A DNA stretch of 58,158 nucleotides, the filler included, from Basidiobolus meristosporus CBS 931.73 (lineage: Eukaryota; Fungi; Basidiobolomycota): assembly GCA_002104905.1 (NCBI GenBank). It is 3 parts of 3 records of this genome, joined end to end, with 100 filler letters (N's around TTAATTAATTAA, not from the genome) between each part and the next. Parts side by side here need not be neighbours in the genome. Positions count along the whole stretch, not along the records: positions 39,458 to 58,158 come from MCFE01001050.1; 2 more parts are not named here. One strand, given 5' to 3'. Under the pieces are notes generated by a model. The model saw nothing but the letters and a program-made list of their open reading frames with translations, was not told where the DNA came from and ran no database searches. Within the stretch, counting starts at the first letter, position 1. Each line of letters begins with the position of its first letter. Positions 48,391 to 58,158 of this stretch are shown piece by piece. The position numbers were made by a program, and so were the translations under genes.

Positions 48391-49072
48391 AGTGACTACC
48401 ATTCCTTTCTCATAGAAGTGGAGCTAACATTTGGCAACATTGACCAAGCCAGAACTGCTGCCAACATGGTCAAGAACTTGAAGCAAGGATACAGACCTGC
48501 ATCTGCCTATGCTTTTGATTTGATGCTTCTGAATTCTGTCTACTAGCTAGTGGATTGAGCCTTTGGGGTGATACTGCCCTAGTTAGTCAATTTCAAGATG
48601 GACTCAATGATGAAGTTGGTGACCTACTACTCACACTCCCTGACCCAACTACCTTGGGTGAAGCCATACATCATGCCATCCAATGTTATAATTGCTTTTC
48701 CAGAAGAAACAAAAGTTCCAATATACTTATCAGCCAACCTTCTTCCCAGTAATCCAGTGGCCCAGCACTAAGCCTGATAATTCTATGGAAATTGTGGGTG
48801 CCAAATACAAGAAATTTACAAAAGAAGAAAAATCTAGACATCAACAGGCAAACATCTGCCTTTACTGTGGCCAACCAGGCCACTTTGCCAAGTCTTGTCC
48901 CAACAAGAAGTCCAGCTTCATACTCCTGCAATCATCCAGTGATCAGTCTTCTCCAGAACTGTTGGGAAACTTGAGTGTCCAGTAACTATGACAGTCTTGC
49001 AACTGGACCCTCCAATGAAAATGCAACACATTTAAGAAACATCTTATGCTACCAAGTCCATCCAGTCCTTAT

Positions 49073-52000
49073 TGTTGTATAAATTTGTAAATCCACCTAA
49101 ACATTCCCCTAACTTAGTCACTTAGATCATCACCCTCAGATCCTAGGGAATACTGACCAAATTCCTTGTTGGGACTTACTTGAACATTGTTACCAAAATA
49201 CCAGGTACCCAGAACATGAAATTCCTCAAAGTTGTCCAAACAGCCCCAAACTTTGCACACATGTTCTTGAGACCTTCCTTAACCTATTCTATGTGTTTGT
49301 AATGCCAAGACCATGTAAAAGCATAAATACTACTTTACATTCAGTAAATCATTAAGTGAAAACCACATAATCTAATTGTCCTCCCAATCACTTCTAATAT
49401 CTCCAAGACTCTTACAACAGGTTATGAGCCCCAAGCTGTCACTCTCTGCAATATCTACTACTGCTATTACAGGAATTTTTCCTTCTGCTGAAAAGTTGGA
49501 TGGATCTGACTACCAAGTGTGGAAGGTGAAGACAAAGATGCTGCTACAAGTATGAGGCCTTTGGGATATTGTCATGGGAGAAGAATGCCCTCATAAAAAC
49601 ATGGGAGAGGAAGCCTTGAAGTACCAGAAGAAAGATCAAAGTGCCTTCAACTGCATTTGCCTCAATGTTAAAGACAAATTGCTTATTCAATGCTCAAGAG
49701 CAAAACAACAAAGAATGCCTGGAAAGCATTAGAAGACACCTACCAGTCATGTTCAGCTGTAAAGAAAATGTATCTGAGACAAAAATTCTTTACTACAAAG
49801 ATGCTGCCAGGAGAAGAAATGAAAAATCTAATTAACAGAATTGCCCTGCTGGTAGATAAAATGGAATCTGAGGGCATACCAACTACTGATGAGGATGTGA
49901 TAGTAACCATCCCAAATAGTCTGACAGACACATTTCAGGGCCTTGTATCAGCCCTAGAGTACAGGACTGAAGATTTGACCTTAAATTACATATATGGAAG
50001 GCTCCTGGATAAAGTATTAAGAAAATCAAGCACCAATAAGAAGGAAGGAGAAAATGCGTTAATAAGCAATGACAACCTACAAAGGAGGTAGCCAAGACCC
50101 TACAAAGGCAACAGCAATCTGTTTTGTAACTACTGCAAAAGGAAAGGACACACATTAGGCCGGTGTCTCAAAAAGAAAGATAATCAGCAAAAGAAGCCTG
50201 AATATGGAAATGCTGCATCAACTGAGGATAGACTATTCATTTCTGCACTAAATATGACCACAAACAAGGATTCTCAGATGTGGTATATTGACTCTGGAGC
50301 GTCTCAGCACTTTACTCACCAATAAGAACTTTTTACCCAATATCAAGAGATTCTAATTAAGAAGGGTTTCATGGGTGACAATAGAACACTTGATGCAGTG
50401 GGAGAAGGAACCATCCAAGTAAACCTAAGAAGCAGTGAAGGAAGCCATACACTGATCTTTAATGAAGTGCTTGATGTACCAGAAAAAGCCAAGAGCCTAC
50501 TATTTGTAAGCAAGGCCACTGCAGAAGGACTTAGTTTCAGCTTTGACAATTCAGGATGCAAGATTATTGATCAAAATGGTGCCCATATTGCTTTGGGTAT
50601 CAGACATCAGAACTCATACAAGTTGACTTATATTCCATCATATCTGGAAGCCAATATATGTAACATAAATGAAGAAACACCAATGCATTGGCACAGGAGA
50701 TTTGGGCACATCAATTGTGATTATTAGTGCAAAATGATCAAAGATCTGCTAATTTCAGGAGTAAAAACTGATCTCCCAGCTAACTTGGAGCACTGTGAAG
50801 CCTGAATATATGGGAAACAAGCCAGACAACTGTTCAAGAGCTTTGGGTCAATCAATACCAAGAAAAAATTAGATCTAATTCTCTCAGATCTGTGTGGACC
50901 TATGCAAAATGTATCCTTAATGGGATGAAGTATTTAATCACCTTTATTGATGATTATCCAAGATACACATGGGTCTACTACATGGAGAGAAAGGAAGAAG
51001 CTCTGGCTAAGCTCAGGGAGTTTAAAGCCATGGTGGAGAGAGAAACTGGTGAAAAAATCAAGAAAATATACTCCAACAATGGTGGAGAATATACCTCAAA
51101 ACTCTTCATCCACTTCTGCAAAATTCATGGGATAAAGCAAGAGACTACTGTACCAAACTCCCCACAGCAAAATAGAGTAGCAGAATGTGCTAACAGAGCA
51201 ACAATTGATATGGCAAGATCTATGATCCATGATCAAAAATTATCATATAATTTTTGGGCAGAATCAGTTGCCACTGCTGTATAACTTAAGAATAGAAGTT
51301 ACAACAGAATGCTTTGTGCTTCCACTCCATTTGAAGCATGGTACGGATACATACTAAGTGCAGAACATCTAAGAATATTTGGGTGTACAGCATATGCCAA
51401 GAAACTGCCCAGAAATCAGTCAAATTTGAGCCAAAAATTGTAAAATGCATATTTTTGGGCAACTGCAATGAGAGTAAAGCATACATACTCTACAATACCA
51501 AAGCAAAGAAGCTAATCAAGTCCAGAGGTGTGTAGTTTGATGAAAATTTGAAATTTTCACAAAAAATGACATCAGATGATGTCAAAAATCTGATCTCAAA
51601 TCCACCAATTGCCAGGATTGAATCAGAGCTATACAATGAGAATTTTTTCACTCCAGAGAACTCTACAACCATGGTTCACCTAAAATCAGTGCCCAGGAAT
51701 ATCCCAGAAGTGATCATTCCAGTTTCAAATGCCCAGAGATCTAATTGGACAAGAAATAGCCTTAATTACTTTTTCAATGATGGTACAAACTTCTACTATG
51801 CATATTCAGTCCGTATTGATGAACCCCAGACTGTAAAAGAGACCCTAAATGGCCCTCAGACAAAGTCTTGGATGTCTGCAATGCCTGAGGAATATCAGGC
51901 CCTGATGCAAAATCAAACTTGGGACTTAGTCAAATTTTCACTAAACCAAAAATCAATTGGATGCAGATGGGTCTTCAAGACACAATAGAAGGCTGATTGT

Positions 52001-53748
52001 AAAGTTGAAAGATACAAAGTAAGACTTGTGGCCAAAGGATACTCTCAAACAAAAGGACTTGACTATACTGAGACCTTTGAACCGGTAGCTAAGTTTAATT
52101 CAATTATATTAATATTGGCTATTGCAGCCAAATGTAAGTTTTTTATTCATCAAATGGATGCAAAAACTGCATTCTTGAATGAAGAACTTGATCAGGATGT
52201 GTATATCAACTGGCCTGATGGGTTTGTAGACCAAGATAACCCCCATTTGGTCCGCAAGCTTAAAAAGTCACTATATGGTCTCAAACAATCACCAAGAGCT
52301 TGGAATTGCAAGATAGATTCTTATTTGAAATCTTTGAGTTTCAAAAAGAGTAATGCTGACTATTATATTTACTATTAACCAGGTAGAGCAAACCCAGTTC
52401 TATTAGCTCTATATGTGGATGATCTTATTATATCCACTTATGACCTAGAAACATTGGAAGAGACTAAATCCAGCCAATCTAAGGAGTTCAATATGTCCAA
52501 TGTAGGAGAGCTCAGTTACTACTCAGGGATTAAGTTCTCCATTGACAGAAGTACCCAGACTATTACCCTAAGCCAAACCAAGTATATTCAAGATATACTA
52601 AAGAAGTACAAAATGGAAGACTCTAAACCAGCAGCCACCCCAATGAAGACAAACCTTAAATTTGGCAAAACTCAACCAAATCAAGAGAGCTTGGTGCCAT
52701 CTGAAAGCCCTGACTTTTCTTATCAGTCTTTGGTCGGCAGTCTGATGTATATCATGCTTGGAACATGTCAAGATATCTTCTATTCAGTGGGAGTTGTCAG
52801 CCAACATAATCAGAACTATGGATCTGATCATATTTCAGCAATTAAGTGGATTTTTAGATATCTAAAAGGAACTGCTGATATCTGCTTAAGATACACTTAT
52901 AAGGATTCAGAACAGGATCTTATGGGATACTCTGATGCTGATTGGGGACAAAATATGGCAGACAGAAGATCCACCACAGGATACACCTTTCTTTGCTGCC
53001 ATGGAGCAATTTCATGGAATTCAAGAAAGCAACCAACCGTAGCACTTTATACCACAGAGGCAGAGTATATGGCAGCCTGTGAAGCTACAAAGAAGCAATG
53101 TAGTTAAGAAATTTTTTTACAGATTTAGGCCTATGTCAAAAAATGCCTATTACTTTATTTCAAGTTAATCAAGGATGTCTACAATTAGGTAGAAATCCAA
53201 CTTTTCATGATAGAACCAAGCACATAGATATTAGACATCATTTCATATGTGAAGCCATAAAGAATAACTTAGTTAGCTTAGTTTACTGTCCTACAGATGA
53301 AATGATTGCACACATATTTACCTAACCATTGGCTAAAGACAAGTTTGAATATCTTAGGTCAAAATTAGGACTAGTGAATATGAACATTTAGCTTAGTGGG
53401 AGTGTTGTAAAATTTGTAATTCCACCTAAATATTCACCTAACTTAGTACTTAGATCATTACCTTCATATCCTAGAGAATACTTACCAAATTCCTTGTTGG
53501 GATTTACTTTGAGAATTTTCATATTCTGGGCACTTGGTATTTTGGTGAAAATATTCTAAGTTGTTCAAACAGCCCCAAACTTTGCACACATGTTCTTTGG
53601 ACCTTCCTCAACCTATTTTATGTGTTTGTAATTCCAAAACAATGTAAAAGTATAAACACTACTTTACATTCAATAAATCATAAAGTGAAATCTATATAAC
53701 CTACTTGTTCCTCCAATCACTTCCAATATCTACAAGACTCTTACAATA
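49073..53748 (+). mobile_element. Full-length decayed Ty1/Copia, 5-bp TSD CTTAT
   Basis: LTRs 49073-49419 and 53403-53748; CTTAT at 49068-49072 and 53749-53753; PBS GGTTATGAGCCC at 49420-49431; PPT TTAGTGGGAG at 53393-53402. Order gag(CNYCKRKGH), PR(WYIDSGAS), IN, RT(YVDD), RH(DADWG) with many stops. Confidence 0.95.
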
Positions 53749-55996
53749 CTTATGAATGCCAGTCAGCATCCATATCCCTGAATCTAGTCCTGTCCATGTC
53801 CTTGCCCTCATAGATTCTGGCGCTTTCTCCAGTTTTGTTGACAAGTCCTTTGTCCAGAAGCACAAAATCCACAATCCTGAAATCCTGTGCTGCACAAGTA
53901 GAAATTATTGATGGAAGATCCCTTTCTTCTGGTGCCATTACCCACAAGATGCATCTACTCCTGCTGTCCTGTACTGGTCACCATGCAACACTAGCCCTTA
54001 ACATCATCAACGCTCCCCCCTATCCCATAGTCCTTGGAAGCACATAGCTTAGTCACCATACCCCAGCTATCAACTGAAAGACCAAAACCCTGACATTCCC
54101 AAGAGTCCATCTGGTTAACTCTGTGAAAGCACCTGACTTCTCATGTGAAGAAGTATCTTTTTGCAAGCTACCCCAGACCCAGGAGCCCATCATCACTGAA
54201 GGAGCCCCCTCCATTGGAATACATGCTAAGTATCAAGAGTTTGCCCATATTGCTGATTAGAAGAAAGCAGAGCTACTTCCTGCACATAAACCCTATGATT
54301 GTCCCATTGACCTTGACAATGGAAAAACCCCACCTTTTGGCCCTATCTACAACCTCTTCCAACCTGAGTTGAGAGAACTCCATGGCTACATCTAAGAAAA
54401 CCTCTGGAACAGTCTTATTCAACACTTTAAGTCCCCAGCTGGTACCCCAATCCTCCTTGTCAAAAAAAGGATGGTTCCCTAAGAATTTGTGTAGACTACT
54501 GAGCACTGCATAAGTTAACAATAAAGAACTGGTATCTTTTGCCCCTGATCAACACCCTGTTGGATCAACTCTTTGCTTCTAAAGTATTTACCAAATTGAT
54601 CTCAGAGGAGCTTGGAACCTTGTCAGAATCATGCCTGGGAAAGAATGGAAAACTGCCTTCAGAACAAGATATGGTCACTTTGAGCATAAAGTTATGCCAT
54701 TTGGCTTCACCAATTCCCCAGCTGTCTTTCAGCACCTAATGAATGACACATTCTGTGAGTACCTTGACCAATTTGTAGTTATCTACCTTGATGATACCCT
54801 GGTCTGCTCCAAGACTCAAGAACATAACTCACATGTGAAGAAAGTCTTGGCCAAGCTTGACACTGCTGGCCTCTATGCCAGACTGGAAAAATGTTAATTT
54901 GACCAGAAAGAAGTTGTGTTCCTAGATTATCTTATAAGCTCAAATGGAACAAAAATGAACCCCAGGAAAGTAGATGCCATCCAATCCTGGAAAACTCCCT
55001 TTTATGTAAAAGTGGTGCAATCCTTCATTGGATTTGCCAACTTCTACTGTAAGTTCATTGCCAACCACTCCAAGATAGTCACTCCCCTGACAAAGCTCAC
55101 CCAGAAAAATCTGCCCTTTGCCTGGAATAAGGAACAGTCTGAGTCCTTTGATTCTATCAAGAGATCCTTGTTGTGTGTCCTACTGCCTACCCACCCTGAC
55201 CTTGAGAGGCCTCTCATCATAGAAACTAATGCCACTGACTTTGCCCTTTGTGCCATCTGTTCCCAGTTGGATGACAAGAATGTGCTATATACTATTGCAC
55301 TTTACTCTTGAAAATTTACTCCAGCTGAGGTAAGCTATGATATCTATGACAAGGAACCACCAGCAATCATTATTGCCTTTGAACAATGGAGACACTACAT
55401 TGATGGTGCAGCCCATAGTATAATAATCTTCTGACACCACACGGACCTTGAGTACTTTACAACCTCAAAAGTACTGAGCCAGAGACAAGCTAGATGGTGA
55501 CTCTTCCCATCTAGCTTTGACTTTGTCATCACCTATAGACCAGGTGTGAAACAAGGAAAACCTGATGCCCTGTTGAGAAAGGTGGAGTATTCTGTTGAAG
55601 AAGGGGATGATACCACTTGGCAAATGAAAAACCCTATACTCAACAAAAGACATTTTAAACTCCTTGAAACCCAGTACTCCAGTATTATAACTCCTCTACT
55701 CTTTGAGAGAGTCAAGACAAGCCAAGTCCCCAACTCCACAGCAGCAACAATCAAGAAATACCTCAAGTCTTGCACTAACCCACCACCCAAGTTCCCAAAC
55801 CTCCAGCATCTACATCTAGTCAATGACATCATCTATCACCTGCACCAACTGTTTGTCCCAGACCTTGATACCCAACTGGATATCATCCATGCTTGCCATG
55901 ATTCAAGGGCTGCAGGACATCTTTGCACTGCCAAAACCATGAATGCAATCAAGAGAGACTTTTGGTGGCCCAAAATGATATCACTTGTCTAGGTGT

Positions 55997-56985
55997 TGTG
56001 GTGGTGTATATGTCCAAGGGATAGATATGCCTAACACTTCTCAAGTGTCTTGTGTGTGGGGTGTTCACTGGGTGCAATAACCTTGGGCAAAAGCTTGCTA
56101 GGAATACTGGGTTCTGTCTCTAATTCAATGTGATGGAGAATAACACCACAAGCTTGTCAAGGGAAAGCTAATCAGCTACAATGCCCAACTTAGTTGGTGT
56201 CTTAACAGAAGTGTGTACTGGGTTCAGCGTCCTTTGAGATGACAATGTACTAAAGCTTCCAAAGTCAAAACAACTGTAAACTCTGCCAGCAGGGACTTAA
56301 GAATGCAGGTGTGGCCAATAGTTACAAAGATCAAAAAGTATCTTTGCCTGTACAAGAACAAGCTTGGGAAAGAATCATATATAATAAAAGATACCTACTC
56401 TGAGTATTCCTCACAGGTAGTGCCTCCAAGGGCAGTTGGCCATCAGCATGGTTACCTGGGAGTGTTCTGTGGTCTGGGGTTGGAAGTTCAGGTAGCAGCA
56501 GGTTGCAGTGATCACACTAATCAACAAGTTGGTATACTGATAAAAGGGATGATGATTTATTGTTGAGGGTTAGCCTCCCTTATATAATTTTCTTATTGGC
56601 TAAGTGATTACTAAACATGGTGTTTCTGAAGGTTCTGGATATCAAATGAAATCTTAATGAATTCAGAATGACCTAAGAATGCTCTAAGTAGGTGCTGAAA
56701 GGTTCTAAGAGGCACAGCACGTTGAACCAATCAGGAATCAGTACTCTGAAACCTGTGTAACATAGAGATACCATACATGGTACTTACTGCAAGTAATCTA
56801 ACATAAAGTGAGGGATAACTTATGAAATAAGGTAAGCAGGTGTGATAGTCAACCAGCTTGTGGGATAGTAGTGATCAGGTACAACAAATGGGATAAAGCT
56901 AAAATAAGTGTAGTAGAGAAATAGGGAAGTAGAAGATTTGGGAATGAGCACATCTGTCAGTGAATGTTACTGTGACCCTACTACA
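55997..56985 (-). repeat. Solo LTR of Ty3 family B (989 bp), TSD GTGT/GCAT
   Basis: TGTGGTGG...CTACTACA termini. The two flanks are the two possible deamination products of GCGT, and host integrase sequence continues across the site. Confidence 0.88.
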
Positions 56986-57002
56986 GCATGCCTCCAATCC
57001 AA

Positions 57003-57284
57003 GCTCCACACACCAAGCAAGATGGAGTAGAGAATGGATTCAGTAGCTGCAGCAAACTACACATCCAGCTTTGTGTTTGTAGTATAGCTGCTCAAGTCTG
57101 AATGTTGATTAGAGCTTGTGAGAAGTACTCAGGGTAGCAGATACTCTGTAGTATCTTGCCAATTCTTTAAAATTTCTCTGGTATCTCAAAGGTCTCATTT
57201 AGCTTGAAATGCCCCATGTACAACCGGGTCATCAGTATAGGGATATTGTTGAAAAGTAAATACATTGCTCCTAGTAGATAGCTT
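57003..57284 (-). pseudogene. Inverted CACTA transposase fragment with an internal deletion
   Basis: Reverse complement of parts of 28840-29320. Confidence 0.75.
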
Positions 57285-57774
57285 CCCTAGGAAATATAAT
57301 TGCAATAACCCCATCAAAAGACTGTCACAAATTCCAAGTCCTGTGACTATGAGGTATTGATCCTGCCAGGATACCATGCAAAGACCATCAGAAAGTTATT
57401 GCACCCCAGATTTTGAAAAAACTTTGTCAAAAATTGACGTAAAACAAATTTTTGTTTGTCTTACTTTTGATGCATACACATTGATATATTTCTGCCAAAG
57501 CTTCAGTTGTATCCTGATTACCAAATATAGTGACCTATGCAAGTCCTTTTGCCTTGAAAAAACACCAAAGTCCAACCCCTCACTCAACAAATAACTCCAT
57601 TGAAATCCACGGCTTAATAAGTATATCTGCTGTAATGGATTGTTTCTATGACTTTGGTGGAGCCCTAAGGTTTATGCCACTGTTCATTCACTGGTTGCCT
57701 TATTTCATTGTCTTCAGCCAGCACCACAAGATATACTACTTCATCTGCCAGTCTTTGCAGCATATCCTTGCAAC
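57285..57774 (-). mobile_element. Family C terminus and 3' region
   Basis: Starts with CCCTAGGAAATATAATTG and is similar to 15007-15620. Confidence 0.65.
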
Positions 57775-58140
57775 TGCTGTAAGAGTCATAGAGATCTTGG
57801 AAGCAATTGGGAGAACAAGTAGATTGTATGATTTTTCACTTAATAATTTATCATATATAAAAGTAGTATTTATAATTTTACATGGTCTTGGCATAGCAAA
57901 CACTTAAATAAGCTAAGGAAGGTCCCCAGAGCGTATGTGCAAAGTTTGGGGCTGTTTGGACAACTTTGAGAATTTTCATGTCTAGGTACCTGGTATTTTG
58001 GTAAAAAATATTCTCAGTAAATCCCAACAAGGAATTTGTTCAGTATTCTGTAGGATCTGAGGTAATGTTCTAAGTGACTAGGTTAGGTGAATATTTAGGT
58101 GGAAATACAAATTTTTACAACACTCCCACTCAGCTAAATG
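57775..58140 (-). repeat. Copia 3' LTR (57775-58122) with PPT (58123-58140)
   Basis: Reverse complement of the 49073-49419 LTR, followed by CTCCCACTCAGCTAAATG, the reverse complement of the PPT region. Confidence 0.88.
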
Positions 58141-58158
58141 ATCATACTGACTTGTTGC

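Larger units (their letters stand above)
48394..57002 (+). mobile_element. Decayed Ty3/Gypsy element (gag, PR, RT, RH, start of IN) hosting a Copia and a solo LTR
   Basis: CLYCGQPGHFAKSC (48692-48985); ALIDSGA after the Copia; [12 protein letters not shown]...IYLDD (54631-54897); ETNATDFAL RNase H; CHDSRAAGH integrase zinc finger continuing as CLQ after 56985. Its own LTRs are not seen. Confidence 0.85.

Noticed and set aside
1-58158. Classical RIP as the cause of decay
   Set aside because: The substitutions I could trace are centred on CpG, not CpA. A computed spectrum is needed before claiming RIP.
58146-58158. Start of another PHIS TIR (TGACTTGTTGC) at the window edge
   Set aside because: Only about 11 nt are visible, too little to call.
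113-58158. Most 60-130 aa ORFs in the supplied track
   Set aside because: They are frame fragments or antisense shadows of decayed TE genes and repeats, not independent genes.

Overview
This is eukaryotic, almost entirely transposon-derived DNA. A fungal source is my inference from the element families; the taxon cannot be determined from the sequence. Three contigs are joined by two artificial 100-nt gap spacers (N44-TTAATTAATTAA-N44 at 19904-20003 and 39358-39457). The window is a nested stack of five element groups: (i) a CACTA/EnSpm (CMC) DNA transposon family with CCCTA...TAGGG termini (three large transposase copies, accessory-ORF fragments and two ~330-bp MITEs); (ii) a PIF/Harbinger-superfamily (PHIS) family with AGACTTG termini and ANT target duplications (two autonomous-type copies and three MITEs, two of them ~730-bp foldbacks); (iii) one Ty1/Copia family (one full-length decayed copy with a CTTAT TSD, plus fragments); (iv) at least four Ty3/Gypsy lineages, including a young element encoding only gag and protease; (v) solo LTRs of a fifth LTR family, G. 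The only non-TE coding sequence I recognise is an intronless 460-codon LRR plus multi-TM ORF inserted inside a Copia gag. CpG to TpG/CpA decay is pervasive. Best leads: the four well-resolved insertion sites of the tRNA-Lys-primed Ty3 families A and B all have a CpG (or its decay product) at the centre of the 4-bp target; the captured LRR receptor-like gene; the gag-PR-only element; and a ~90-bp GC-rich multi-hairpin insert. No rRNA, tRNA or CRISPR array was found. All family assignments come from motif recognition by eye, not from database searches.
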